A DNA stretch of 54,149 bases, filler included, from Sphacelaria rigidula (lineage: Eukaryota): assembly GCA_964200075.2 (NCBI GenBank). It is 3 parts of 3 records of this genome, joined end to end, with 100 filler letters (N's around TTAATTAATTAA, not from the genome) between each part and the next. Parts side by side here need not be neighbours in the genome. Positions count along the whole stretch, not along the records: positions 1 to 17,984 come from CAXNAA020000946.1; 2 more parts are not named here. One strand, 5' to 3'. A program made the position numbers and the translations under genes. Positions 1 through 14,100 of this stretch are shown here, one piece after another. Positions within the stretch are counted from its first letter, which is position 1. Each line of letters begins with the position of its first letter. Under the pieces are notes generated by a model. It was not told where the DNA came from and did no database searches. It saw only the letters and a program-made list of their open reading frames with translations.

Positions 1-653
1 AGGTCAATGATCTGATGACTATGGCAAGCATGATCATGAGTACACCCCCCCTCCTCCTGGCCCAGAGTGAGGTTTTGGCGACAAGGGGGGCCCTCGTGCC
101 GTAAGTTCTCGATGTAGGGCCCCTTGAGTTTCCTTGTGCGGCTGAGCGGGTTGGAGCTTGTGGGGCGCCTGTATCTTCTGAAGCCTTCGTCAGCACGGTC
201 AGCGCTCGTACGGTGCTGTTTTACTGTACTGTGCTGTACTGTACTGTACTGTACCAACCCCCAGACGGATGTGTGCAACAGTATCGTCTGCCAGGCTTCC
301 CACAGTCCAAGCAAGCACACTGCGGGCTGTAGTCGACAGTACAGTCCGCGCCCCTCGTCTCCAATTGTGGACTAAAACCAGAGTTCTTTCACCCTACACT
401 AGGCTCGAGTAGTTATCTGGTTTTACACAAAAATCGAGTATAATGCCATCAATGGTGCACGGCACGGTACTTAGTATCTGCAATTTCGGCTGTGTTGTCT
501 TGTGGGTCATCCAACCTCCCCCCCCCCCCCCGTCGTCAGTTTTGTTCGCGCTCGGTCATCGCAGCGAGTGGAGCATGTTTTATTTCTGTGGCGTTTAAAT
601 TGTGAGGCCACCTCTTACTGCTACAGGCTGGGCCGCCTAAGACGCGGCAAGGA

Positions 654-948
654 TGTGAACACGCGATTTAGCAGCTGAATTTCAGTTTTTTTTCTATGAA
701 ATTTTGACACGATGTACAGGATGTATGTGTAAAGACGCCACCTTTTCCCCCCTTTATATATATTTTTTCATGTTATTCACGATTTTGTTCCGAAAACTGT
801 TCTCAAATGTTTGGTCGCCGATAACTCATGGAGAAGAAAAAAAAGTAGAGTGGAAACGGTGGCGTCGTCGCACTTACATCATGTACATCGTGTCGAAAAT
901 TCATTGAAGACGACCTGAAACTCAGCTGCTAAATCGCGTGTTCGTGTC
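654..948. mobile_element. MITE-like hairpin element
   Basis: Left GAACACGCGATTTAGCAGCTGAATTTCAG and right CTGAAACTCAGCTGCTAAATCGCGTGTTC are near-perfect inverted repeats; imperfect pairing continues inward. Confidence 0.7.
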
Positions 949-996
949 CAAGAGTGGTTCCGTTCCTACGTGGAGATGGACCAGCCACGAAAAAAT

Positions 997-1281
997 GAAA
1001 CGCGGTTATGCTGTTGAGTTTTGTGTATTTTTTCACGAAATTTCGACACGATGCGCATGAGGTATGTTTTGAACCCCCTATTGTCCCCGCTTGACATTTT
1101 TTTGTAATGAGTTGTCGACGCTTTTCCACCAAAAAGAAAACTGTTCCGAAACTGAGATCACCGATAACATACGAGAAAAAAGGGGGGGCAAACGGGTAGG
1201 GGCTTCACATATACCCCATGTATACCGTGTCAAAATTTCATGGAAAACAAATTCAAATCGAGCAGTGAAATCGCGTTTTTC
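997..1281. mobile_element. Second, more diverged copy of the same MITE-like hairpin
   Basis: Shares GAAATTTCGACACGATG...CTGTTCCGAAA...CCGATAAC...CGTGTCAAAATTTCATG...AAATCGCGT with 654-948. Confidence 0.6.
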
Positions 1282-4200
1282 TGCCTAGAACCGGTTCACT
1301 TGCTTTTAGAGCACAATAACCTCAGCCGGAAGTTTGACGTTTTCTACGAGCGCGACGCCTTTGCGCGCTGGAGGCCTCGTCTGCTTGCCACCTCAGACAC
1401 CGCGCGTCTACAGTACGACATGCCTTATTGTACAACCACAACTAGTGCATCACCATCACCTTGCGGCCGCGGCACAACTGACTACTGTAACCGTAAATGC
1501 GATTTCAGCCCTTTTTTTCTCCCCAATTCCGCCGCACATGCCACCCTCAAGTCTCTACCGTTCGCAGCTGAGTGCAGTTTGGTATTTCGTTTAATGGGAA
1601 CTTGTCAGCTCGCAGTGCTATATGAAGTGAAAGACGCGCGTTGATTTGCAGATTACCACGATGTGTCATGGTAGGCACAACTCGCGATAGATCATCAGTT
1701 AGAACCGGCTGAAGAAAACTCCGCTTCTTAGGCGGCCCAGCCTGTATTCTCTGATCCTTTTTGGTTGGATGATGTCAGTTTTGGGACGTTTTGACACAGT
1801 ACAGTTTTTGGCCGCCGGACAAGGAACGGATATCGCTAGCACGTGCCTTCGGACACGCTGCCACTCTTGCGCCACGAAAAACAAGAAAATATATGGATGC
1901 CTCCACAAGTGCCGCGTTCAAAAATCATTGCACTTGTGAACTGCATCTTTGCTTGTGGGTTTCTCCACCGCGCCTGGACCAATAGCGCTGAAAATTTTGC
2001 GCACTAGCTGAACACACGCAACACAGCCAGCATGTGCACCAATCGGTGGCACGTTGGGGACCTTGCACAATAACGAGCGCAACGTTCAGCGATTTCGGGC
2101 AATATCGCGCTCAAAACGGCTTCCCCGCAGCCCAGATTCGGTGCACCGTGAGGGCATGCATGTCTTGGCACGCTGGTGCACTAACTTCCACAAAATGGGC
2201 AGCTGGGCGGCTGCTGTGCTGGCAAATAACATCGATTTGCCCTGGGACAACCTGTGGACAACGACATTTTGCATGAAACTCCTTCACATATCGCCTGTAG
2301 AGATGCTCAGGTCGGGAGACGACGGGAGACAATCGTACGCGCGCTGCCAGCACTGCAAGGCGCTGAAACTTGAGCCACATGCCATGTGAACCACATTCAA
2401 CAAGCCCATGTCGCCGAAGGGTTACGGGCCCATGTCGCTGAGTTGGGGCTGCGCGCTGCAGCAGTGCGCAACGGGGTGAAAAGAAGCCAGAGTTTGTGCC
2501 GACTTTTCTTCTTTTCTCCCCATTTGACGCAAGACTGCTGCATCACCTCACTGAGGAGTCCAGCCCACCTTCCGATTCGCCACATTTTTTTCATTTCAAG
2601 TTGGATTGATGTTCAGAGGTCCTTTTTGAAACCTCGGAGCAGAGTGAATCGGAAAAATGGGGCTCGGCTCCTTTCCGTGAAGTAATGTGTATGTATTGTC
2701 CCAAGAAACGTGGTGGCGGTATCCATTCGCTGTCGGAGGGTCCAAAACTGTGTACAATGTCTCGAAGCAATAAAAACAAAATAAAAAAAGTACCATGTCT
2801 TCTGGGAAATGGGCTGAGACAGGTTTATTTCTGGATAAGAGGCCCATATAACTGAATGCAATGATACTAGTGGGTTTGCCCGTACGAAAATGTAGCGGTG
2901 CGTTACTGCCTATGTTCACGGCATGTACTAGCATACTGTGCCGCACTGCATACGGTTGCGCTTACATCGCACATGCTATTTTACCACCTGCTTCTGCACC
3001 CTCGACGAGGTATCGTCGGTCGCGGGGTTCGCCTGTTTACGACCCTTTCATTGCTTTGGCGTGCAAGACTCTTCCTTCGTTGGCATTCGTTGCGCCCGAT
3101 CCTGCTGTCCGTGCATGGGCTATATCTGTCACTGGAAAACTGGGTAGCCGAACGCGCATGAGCTGAACTTGGTTTGGAGATTGGAGTGCATTTGGTGCTT
3201 TTGGACGAGTGCGCCCAATGTTAACATTAAGGGGCTTGGGAAGTGTACGGCAACAGTGGTTTGTTTCGCTACCGTGTTGAAGCATGTGTTGGAAGAGCGG
3301 GTATGTGATATGGTATTCCACCCCCCTTTGAATCCGCGACAGGAAGAGGTACAATTTCCGCCAGGTTCAGGTACAGTAGGGCTTTCGGCTCTTGGATTTT
3401 GGGGTAAATATGACGCATTCAGGTACACCTGTGACCCCTCTCACCAAGACTAGCTATTTGGTGGTTCGGGCCAATTACATGGCCGTGAATTTCACGTGAT
3501 TGTCTTGCGGTACGGCCGATACCTTCTTGGTGACAGGACGTCTAGGTATACCTGGATCTGTCGTTTCGACCTCATGAAGAAAAGGGAACGTCTACGTGCC
3601 GAAAGTGATTTCAACTTACCTTCGCCATGCTCCATTACCAACTATCGTAGCACAACTCTCAGAAGTAGGAGGCCAAATCCAGGTTCGGCATTTATTGCAA
3701 TATCTTGAGCTTAGAACAGAGTAATAAAACGCCATATCTCTCGATAGATAGCAAATTAGTTGAGGGTTAGAGTATCGATCGCGCCCCCGTACCTCAAGGA
3801 ATGACCCAAGTGTGTGTTGGAATAGGGTATTCCCTACATTTGTGTGTATTGAAGAATCGTACTCTCAGCACCAAACATTTGGGTTTGAGTATGGCGCTTC
3901 AACAATACCCAGATACTGTTCGGGAGAGTCAATACCCGGGTATTGACCGTACCCCAACACACCCTTGCAATGATCACCGAAAATCAGCGCCATCCGCTGT
4001 GACTGTCTTACGGGGTTTTGTATGGACTTCAGTATCGAGATATCTCCGTACGTCATCGGATTTAATCGACATGGCGTTTAATCAATGAGAGTGTTTTCAA
4101 CCGGGTTAATTAGGTGTGCATTTGCCCCTTAATTGGACGATTGACCAGATATGCGGATCACGGTCCAATTCGTCTGCGTGGATGACATATGACGGCGATA

Positions 4201-4411
4201 GCTCAACTCATTTTTTGGCTGTCCCAGCTCGTATAATAGTCAAATGTAGTACCGTACAAACAGAATATCACTTGAAGAAAGACACTACGGTACCGGCGAT
4301 AGACTAGCATGATAATAAATGGTATCTGTACACACATGCTATCAATAATGTATACTTCGTATAATATATCTCTTTACATCCTCTGTCGCCGTTTATTTTG
4401 GTACCGCACAG

Positions 4412-5177
4412 GAACAAGATTTACAGAGCCTGCTCGATGCGGTGGACCGAACAACCTTCGACGACACCCTCCGCAGCGATTGCGACCCATCAGCAATGGG
4501 GGCGTGTTCCCAAGTACGGGGGAAATCGTCTACCACCCCATTGCCCAGCAACATAGCCCCCTCCGACAGCGTCACCCCAGACAGCCGAGCCCCACTCTCG
4601 AAAACGACAGGAAGCGGAGTCGAAAGCGTAGATGGTGGCGGCAGCACCGCCATGCCGAATTCGACGGACATGCTGTCTACTGATAGCGGAGCACATGACG
4701 CTGTAATGTTTTCCTTCTCCGCTTCCGCCGCCGGGGCTACTAGCAGTGTTTCTCGGGCAGGGATGGTCCGCGGAATGGGGACCGCGCATTCAGACGTGCA
4801 GGTCGCAGGCTGTGGCGGGGACGCGGTGTCTACAGAGCAATCTGGCGCGGGAGAGTTGCTGGTGCTCGAAGGGCAGGGTCGTGGTGCGTCGGCAGGTAAC
4901 GGAGGTGGATCAGGTTCGGCGCGTGCTGTTTCCGAATCACCTCCTGCTGCTAATGGTAATGGTGACGATGGTGGTGGTGGTGGTGGTCGTGATGCTCATC
5001 ATGCTGATAATCGTGATGATGGTATTGACGCTATACCCGTCGAAGACGTGGAGGTCGGCGATGGCGAGGCAACGCGTCCTTCTTTTCCAGACGAAGAAGA
5101 GGGAGAGCGTGACTGCAGCAACGCAACACCAGAAGTGGTAGCGTCAGCAGACCAAACAGCAGCAGCATCAGGGGCCG
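4412..5177 (+). CDS. FHA-PP2C exon, low-complexity Ser/Gly/Asp-rich N-terminal region
   Basis: cag|GAACAAGAT acceptor, 255 open codons, donor GTGCGG at 5178 gives phase 1 matching the next exon; weakest exon of the model. Confidence 0.6.
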
Positions 5178-8100
5178 GTGCGGTGTCTACTATTTTGTGG
5201 CGGTGTTGATTTGTTTCTCCAGTATCCCCATCAGTGTGTTTCCTCACATCCGTCGTGAGTGGGGGGTGTAATACAAGATTTCGTCGAAAACTGATCATGG
5301 TCATTGTACTCATTTGTGGTCTATGTTCACCACCCTGTGTACCACGTCACAAGATGTACTGCTACCTAAGAGAAGGTCAAGTATCTCCCGAACAGAGATG
5401 GAGGCACGTGTAGTAACTACTACCCCCTATCCAATGTACAGTACAGCTATACGAAACTACTATCCGATATACGGCAGTACTCGTCTTCAATTGTTTAAAA
5501 ATCTGTCAAAATGATACAGTAGGTCTCCACTGTTTTTTTCGCTGCACCCAATCCATCCGCAGGATTTTCGTCATTCACGTATGTAACGATAATAATCTCT
5601 TTTTTCAGAAGTGGAATCCCCGAAATTTGATGAAGAAGTGATTTATGAAAAATATCCCTCCCCCCCCACCTTCCCATCTCCATCCCTTCCCCCTCTCCAT
5701 TTTTTGTGTGTACAGCAGTGAACTCCCCCCAAAGCGCCGCACCACCAGCACCGGGGTCCCTGACAGAAGTCATTCTCAAGTTCACCACGGTCGCGGACGG
5801 CAATGAACCTCCCAGCTTCGCGATCGGACGGGAAGGGGCAACGGTGGGCCGGGGTCCTGGGAACGATGTTTGTATCCCGAGCGATACGTGCATGGGAGAT
5901 TCGGACCACGCGAGCATCGTGTGGAAAGACGGCGCTTTTCATGTCCAGGTGTGTGTGTGTGTGTGTGTGTGTGGAAGAACAAGCGGGGGTTGTTGTCATG
6001 ATCCAATGTTGTGTAACAAAGGAATGCATGGCGCTGAGTGTGTTTTGTTCTGTCAAGTTCATCGAAATGTAAATTCAATCAACACCGATATGATTCGAAA
6101 GTAGTTACGAGTACAGAATACACGTTTTCGGTGTGGCTTGTCGTGCCTCGTTTTTTTTCACCTACTCTACCTCCAGTGTAAGTTTTTTTTTTTTGTGGTG
6201 TCCTGTGTATACGAAGTAAATGTAGTATTTTTTTTCTGATGTTGTATTTTCTCCTGTTGAGACACTTTTTTTTTTCCCCTCCTCTCCCCAACACCGTTTT
6301 TTTTGCATGGTTTGTTCTATTGTTGTTTTTGTGTTTCGTTGTTTGGCGATTTTTTTTTTCTTCCCTTCTATCTCTTTTTCCATTGTATCGTGGAAATATA
6401 TATATATATATATATATTTCGACCGTGTTTGCGTTTGTCGTGACGAGTAGGATCGAGGACATCAGTACGGAGCCGCCGTTCGCATCGGTACGGGAACGGG
6501 CGCAAGGGAGTGGCCCCTGAGAAAGGGAGCTGTATTCTCGGCCGGGAACAGCGTCTTTCAAACCGAGTGAGTTTGTGCCTGAGTAGAGTAAATTGGTGAT
6601 TTCTTGCAGTAGTGAGTACCCCAGGTACACGTGCCCTTCTTCCCCGCCCTGTACTGCGTGCCTGGCTTGCGGCTGACTTCGGAGCGTTGAGGTCAACATT
6701 CCCTCAGCCCATCGGAAAGGCTTACGAGTTGCAAACCCGCTGGATCTCGTCGGATCATTGAGGGGGAATGTTTACCACACCATGGACAATGACATGATGG
6801 ATAACATTGTCAACAAGTGTGCTGCGTACAGTGGTATCAACTGTCGCATCTGTTGCGATAGACGACGGATTCCGTAGTGTACTACGCAGTACCTGTTTCG
6901 AAAGTGTAATCTCAAGTCCAGGGTGGGACGTATACATGGAAGAGAACTTGTTCCAGCTGCTCGCGAAGCTGGATGGATTAGACCTTGACTTTTCTTTTGC
7001 GATTTTGGATGAGCACTGCGCTGCAACGGGGCACTTGCGACAGCGGGCGTTGCGCCGATGCTGTGGTGGGATAGTCTGGGTCCCTCGAGGATGTAGTGTG
7101 GATGGAGCACATGAAGAATGGTGTGAAGGACTAGAGGGAGTAGATCTCCATTTGAGGACCAGACAGCTGTCAAGCTGTTGTTTTCGGAGAATGACACCTC
7201 GTAGATGTTGCCTAGGGGACCGAAAATCGAATGGAATCGAATATATTTATGGCACTGCTTGTAGGGAGGTCAGGAACGTGCTTTTTCCAAACTTTCCAAC
7301 TCACGGTAGTCATAGATGACCAGAAGCTTTGATGCATATTCAAAACCGTCGATTGATGTGAGCATTGCCTCTCCTGTGGCACCTGATCATTGTTTGGATG
7401 GACAAGAGAGACGCACGTAGATCACGATCAGATCGATGTTGTGTGCTTTGTGTCACGTGTTTTGTTCTCACATTGGACAACCGCTCATATTAGCAACAGC
7501 AAGAGAAAATGTGACCTCTTGTCAAGGGTGCGGTTTTGTTGGCTCTTGCAATTTCTTGATAACATCGGCTCTGCATCATGCGGCGCGCGATCTAAATTTT
7601 GGGATTGCGAAAATATTATTGTTGGGTAAAAAAAAACAGAGAAATTGACGAAGAGGACGGCATGCTGTTGGAGATCGTGGCTGGGCCCTTGAAAGGCCAG
7701 CGGAGGAGAGTACTGAAGAGTGGGGCTACTGTCGGACGAGCCACGGAAAACACAATAAGGTATGTGTGTCGGAGCACCGTAGAGACCACCTAGCGCTGAT
7801 TATAACGCAGAAGATGAGTGCCACAAGACCACGAAGCGCTGATCGTAGCGTATGAAGTTGCCACCATCTATGAGAAGGTGATGCTTCGACATATACTTGT
7901 ATGATTTTGTTCCTTTGATATGGTGGTTCCCACATCATCCTCCCCCTTTAATGAATTCCTCGGAGGTCTTGAAGGAGTTGTCTTTTGCGCCGGCTAGCGG
8001 TTGGAATCTTGCCTTTGATTAGCATATATCTTATACGGGTGTTGGGACATCCAACCAACAATAGCGGCAGGAGATTTTTCGTGAGGTTTGAAGTCTGCTT

Positions 8101-11100
8101 TAGAGCGTATGCACCATTTTTTTTGGCTGTCACCATTTTGGTGAGATCTGGGATGTGAACCCGGGACCTTCTGTTCGTGAAGCGTACGAGCTGTCTCATG
8201 GTGTCGCCAATGTTGAGAGGTGATTCCTCGACGGAATTTTATGGGAATTTGTCATTTGTCTGTGATGGTTCCCACATATGTATGTATGTATTATATATAC
8301 TCCTGTATATATGTATATATATAGTCCATACCCCTGGTGTGGTGGTCCGACTGTCGCCATGAGGGTGGAGAGAACGAAGGTTCGATTCCCGATGCGTGAG
8401 GTTTTCCTTCTTAATATCTGATTTCCACCGTGGGAAGCGGGAGAACGTGGGTAAACAAGGTAGTCGACTGAGTTTGTTTGACGTGAGTTGACGCAGCGCA
8501 AGAGTGCTGACCGAATCCGCGAGTTCAAAATGCAAGGTGTGCACCGGGGGAGAGATGGGTTGATCCCTTAAGATCACAGACTCTTCCCGAGGAAGGGAAG
8601 GGGCTTTGAAGTGCGACCAAAAAAAAAAGGACACCGTCAAGATCACCGAGCCTCTAGATGAAAAGTGTAACTCGTGTGCAGTAATGTGGTCGAGTCCACG
8701 TGGCGTTGAAGAAAATGCGAACAAAATATTAGTGAAAACACCATCAAGATCACCCAGTCTTGGTACGGAACAGCGCAAGGTATAACGCGGAGGACTATTA
8801 TACCTAGTGTCAGCAAGGGCACCGGCAAGATGACGTAGCGTCTGAGGAGGACGTCGGAGAGGTATCACGAAACCAGAAGAGGTATCGGAGTGTCGTAGAT
8901 ACTTGGAAGAGGTGGGAACGCATGATGAGGTAACGTAGCTTCTCTGTGAGGCATCAAGAACACCGTTGTTCATTGGAGGATCGCGTAACGTGGGAAGAAA
9001 TGCATCGGATGGGAAAAGAACACGTGGAGTCATCAGCCCATGCATTGATCGCGTATGCTATAATATGATCAGGGGATGGTGTTTCTCGCTGTCTTTCAAG
9101 CGAGGGCCGAGTGACACACCGATTGCCGACCGCCAATCGAATCGCTCCCTTCTTCTTTTTCGCCTAGAATTGCTCAACTTGTTTAATTACCCTTTTTACA
9201 GTTATGGGGAGGAATGGGAGCCGATTTTGGATACTGTATTTTTGGAAAGTGCAAGCTGAACGATATATGCGTCAGAAGCCCGTAATTTAATGAATCATAT
9301 TAATGGAAAATACTGGCGTTACCTACAAATGACGATCTGGCTCATAAGAAGTGCACTAAATTTCTAGCACACATTCATTGAAGTCTGGGAGCGATCGGTG
9401 CTGAGGTGATGTTGTTCCTCCGGAAAGCTCGCTCCACATCAGTAGATAAACAATCTTGTTGCACTAGCTAGTGCCCTGCTTCTGTCTGTGCCACTCGGGA
9501 AGCACACGCCCCCGAGCTTCCACCCCACGTTTACCGTCATTGCGAAGATAGGAAGACAAGAGCACGAACACCAGCTGTTGTGGCCGCCACACACCAACGT
9601 AACTGCAGTAAAAGGCGTGCCTGACATGGTGCTAAAACGAGAAAGTACGGAAATCTGGAGATCATCAGCAGCAGCGTCGCGAATGCAAAAACTACTGAGA
9701 ACGATGTTGATGGTGTGGACGATCAAGAGGTTCACTCTGTGCGGATTGGCTACGCCCTGCATGTCCTACACACAGCTGTGACTGCGGGATTGGAGAGTGA
9801 AAACCTCATTGATCCCATGGGGTCAGGGTCATGGCATGAGTGGAAGGAATCTCATCTTGTCAGTCACTTGGGCACGGTCTGTTTCACTGTGTCCAGATCA
9901 ACATCTTCGACGTCAATTTCCCCCATTTTCGGGATGTACCGGCCGTTACTTGACACATCGTGGCTCTGCCGACCTGGGCATATATAGTGCGCAGTCTGAA
10001 ATCAAAATCACTCTTCGCGCCTTAGCTTCTCCGCTGGAAACCTCAGACACAAAAGCCGGAGTTCATGTGTGACCTCGCTCTCTGCAACTCAATACACGAA
10101 GGGCACTCGCTGTTGAAGGGCGAATTTTCCCTTTGTGCACAGCCGTACAGAACGAAGCAGCACCTGGTGGCATGCCACATGGTAAAATGCCGTCACACAC
10201 TGCTGGCCGCAAAGATGAAAACATGCAACCCAAAACAAAGCTTGTCGAACATGGCATAGTTTGCATCTCATTCTGATACTATTAATATAATAGTACATAC
10301 AGGCGGTTACTAAATACATGACCGCAGTCGCTAGCAGGTGTAACGCACATACTAAAATCGCTCTCGACGCCTTGGCTTTTGCACTGGAGCCCTGACACGA
10401 AGCAGCCGCCAGCTTTGTCTTCTGCAATTCTCCCTCTGCAATTCGACACGTGGAAGAATACTCGCCGTTGAAAAGCGAAATTGCCCTTTGCGCACAGCCG
10501 CACAGAACAAACCAGCGCGTGGGGGCACGCAACCAAGGTACATGTCGTCACAACTTGCTCGCGGCAGGGAAAAAAGTATGCGCACCGATTTATTTTAATT
10601 TTCCATCTTCGACCTCGAAAGACGCTACTGATCTTCAACCCAAAAGTGCCGATCGCGCAACGCTTACAACTCGGCAACGAAGTGGGGGGTTGGACTGCGG
10701 TTTCTTGCGTGCGCTTCCCACACACGCAAGCCACGTCGCCTAGTTTTTTTTCGCGTTTGCGCGTGATGCCGACTCGCAAATAACCCAAGATACTAAAATG
10801 AGGTGTTTCCGCTCTGGGGGGGGATTGCCGGGCCGCTGACGCGACGCCAGCGAGATATCAAACTAGGTTCCCTAGATCTTGTGTGTATGCGGGGGGCTGT
10901 CAAGTGCCATGGACCGGCTTGCTTCCTGTGTCGAGAACCGTGCGATCTCAAGAGCTGCAGCTTTCTCATACTAGACCAACAAAATAAGTGATGAAGCATG
11001 TGTTCTGTCCCTGAGGGCCTCGGCACAGGTCCGACCACCTACTGGCGTGTTCATTATCCCTCCGCATTATTTTTTATTTCAAATCTTGTGTCGATATTGG

Positions 11101-14100
11101 TCGTTAGTGCCCCGTTTCCTACCCATAAGTAGTATATCTCGCCTTCTAAGGTCATATTAAATATCCGAGCACCCCTATATCCGGTGGGGGCGCTTGTAAA
11201 CGGGTATCATGGCTGCATGACCCCGCGCTGGTGAAATCAGGCTGTCTGCAATCTGGAAGATGATCGTAATCGATCCCACAGCCGCTCCGATTTTCGATAC
11301 TTGCCTCACCCCTCCCCTGCTCCCTCTCTCCTGATCGGGCAAAAAAACGGGTGTGCTTTGTCCCGGCTTTGAAAGGATATGAGGTTGATGGTCTTACGAC
11401 TTGTGACATTCAAGATCATGAGTACACCGCACCCCCTTTCGCCCTTATTTCCTTCGACTGCCTGCTGTCCATCGTGTCCATGCTGCAGCATCGCGGACCG
11501 GGAGCTGTCGAGGCACCATAGCATTGTAGAGTGCCAGGAAACCGATGTGTACACGAGCGAGAGCGGCTGCCTCTCGAGTCGCGGCGGCGAGGCGACGAGA
11601 AGCTGCAAGATCGAAGTGGAGAAGAAGGACGGAGGACTGGAAGACCGCAACCGGGGCAGCGGTTGTTCCAAACGATCCACGGAGTATTTTTTGTGCGACG
11701 TCGGGAGCACGAACGGGACTTACGTTCAGGTGGGGTGGGGGGTTGGGAGGATTACGATGCTGTACCTTTTTTTGTTGGTTGTCGCACCATGTAAGTGGTC
11801 ATTCAACGCCAGGAGCTCATATTTTTGCTCCTTGCATCTTCCGCCCTTGCGCTTGTTTTGCGACACACACACACACACACACACACACACAGCGTAGGTA
11901 GGTTACGATATGCTGTCCTACCGTTGGAAAAATAGGGGGCGTGGATATTAGAAAAAGTGACTGCTAGACGAACTCGAGTATCTCACAAGTGTAAATAGTC
12001 TGTATTCTAACAGGGTTTCCGTACATGTGTACCTACCCCGCGGGTACCCACACCTCCTGGTTGTTCGTGCCCTCTACATCCTTGTTCCACCCATTTGGTG
12101 CCGACGTTTTCTGTCAGCTCGTGGGGCCATACGCGAGCAGCCGGCGCTTGGAACTTAGCGACCGTATTCTTATCGGGCGGACAGGCTTCAGCGTCAACCG
12201 CTTCGACTGGGGGATCTGGGAAGATAGAGGTTCCCGCAGAACCATGGAGGATAAATCAGTCGTTATCCAGGTGAACGAAGTACCCTTTGTATTTTGACGC
12301 AATGCTGGTGGTGAAGGAGCATGGATTATTCCTAAAAACTAGTCTCATGGGTTGCAATCTCTAAAAAGAACACGACAAGTGTTGAGTACTGTACTGAGTT
12401 TTGTGTCTGGACTGAAGTGCGTTGCCCCGGAACCTGACACTCAATTCCGCCCCCCCCCCCACCCTCGAAATAATTCACAACAAATGAAATGGCACAAAAG
12501 GATATGGGGGTGGAGTCGTTGACTGCGCTCGGTCTCGGCCCCCAGACCTTCCTCGCTGTTTACGACGGGCATGGAGGGGCCGAAGCCAGCGCGTTTCTGT
12601 GGCAGCACCTGCACGTTGCCATCGCCGAAGCTCTGGAAGAAGCGGCGCCGCGAATTGCGGCTGCGATGCAAGAAGACCGTGAAGCGGTCCGAAAACAGGC
12701 AACGGCAGCGGCGGCGGGTACAATGGCGGCTGCCCCCGCTGATGCGTCAGCGGCGGCAGCGATACCCTCTCTGCGATCTAGCCATGACGCGGACGGCGTG
12801 TTCTCGACCGTTCGGGCTTCGGCGATCGGGCGCGGCGGAGGAGGTGGGGAGGCCATGCGTTGCGCGGACAGGGACGGGGAAGACGGTCATGGTGGCGACG
12901 GCTCCGGGCAAGCCACTGCGGGGCCTGGCAAGGCAGCGATTTTTGCAAGCGGAACCGAGGGGTTGATGGCGTCGCCGGCGGCGGTAACACCCAAGGCCCC
13001 GGCGTCAGCGGCTCCTGCTCCGGCGCAAGGGCGCTTGGGTGGAAGCGACGTTGACGGGACGGAGGGAGTGAGGGACGGCGGAAAACACTCCACTGAGAGA
13101 GAATTTGTCGGTGGAGGAAGCGGCGGGGACGGAAGCGGCGGTGGTGGCTACGGCGCAAGGCCGTGGCGGTACGGCGGATGTGAACGGCAGCCAGCGTCGA
13201 CGATTTCGCCAGTAGCTGCTGCAATCGGCAAGAGGATGGCTATGGCGGCCGATCGACAGCAGTCCAAAGCACCGAGTCTCCCCCAGGAGTGGTTGGTTGG
13301 TGCGAGAGCTTCTCTTGCGGCCGCCGCCGGCACTAGCTGTGGCCGCAGCGTGGGTAAGGCCGCGAGCCGCGGCCATAGCTCCAAACCTCCGTTGCCGACG
13401 TCGTGGGCAGAAGAGGCGTGGGATTTCAACGCGTCCGCTGGGGATGGAGCCGATGGCGGCGGGGATGATGTTCAGGCTGTGGCGGCCGGCGGGGAAGCGG
13501 CGCACGGGGTGCGCACAGCGACGGACGGCGACGGAGGTCAACAGGGCGGGGGAGATCGGGCCGGCTATTCTTGTGATGGTGCCGGTCATGTAAGTGGCGC
13601 CGTAACGACATCGACAGCCAATGAGGGCTATGAATCGGGGGGGGGGGATATGAGCTGGGACACCGGCCGAGAGTCGCCGCCGCCACCGTCTGGGGGTCGG
13701 GGTGGCACTCAGAGCCCCGGCGGCGAGCCTTCTCGGTCGCTGGCGACGGCTGGACTGCCGGCGGGGGGAGCGGGCGGTGCGGCGCTTAGGCCGCAGCGCG
13801 GGACGAAGGGTGTCGTACAGGAGCCGCAGACTTCGGCGGTTGACAGGTGGGATGGATGGCAAAAGGATTGTGATGGTTACAATTAATGATGGATGCTGCT
13901 AATATAAACGTGTGCTTGTTTTCTATCTTTTTCCGTGCCATGCCTTACCGGGCTCTTCTCCGTCTGTGACTTCCGTGTGGTTTTGTGTGCATTGAGTTAG
14001 TTTCTTCTTTCATATTTTTGGGTGCTCGGGCGCGGCCCTAATATGTGTATATATAGAGAGAGAGTGAGAGAGAGAGAGAGAGACTATTATATCTTGCATG

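Noticed and set aside
2990-3580. Possible Gypsy gag/PBS/LTR remnant on the - strand
   Set aside because: Only a PBS-like TGGCCCGAACC and a short LTR-like TTTCGACCTCATGA match; too little to call
6079-6699. 206 aa - strand ORF
   Set aside because: Runs through a T-rich intron and TA microsatellite, antisense to the FHA1 exon
8324-8400. Functional tRNA genes at the A/B-box sites (also ~41800, ~44470, ~48960)
   Set aside because: No cloverleaf seen; each is the head of a longer repeated SINE body
12560-13862. Long antisense and alternative-frame ORFs
   Set aside because: Shadow ORFs of the GC-rich PP2C exon
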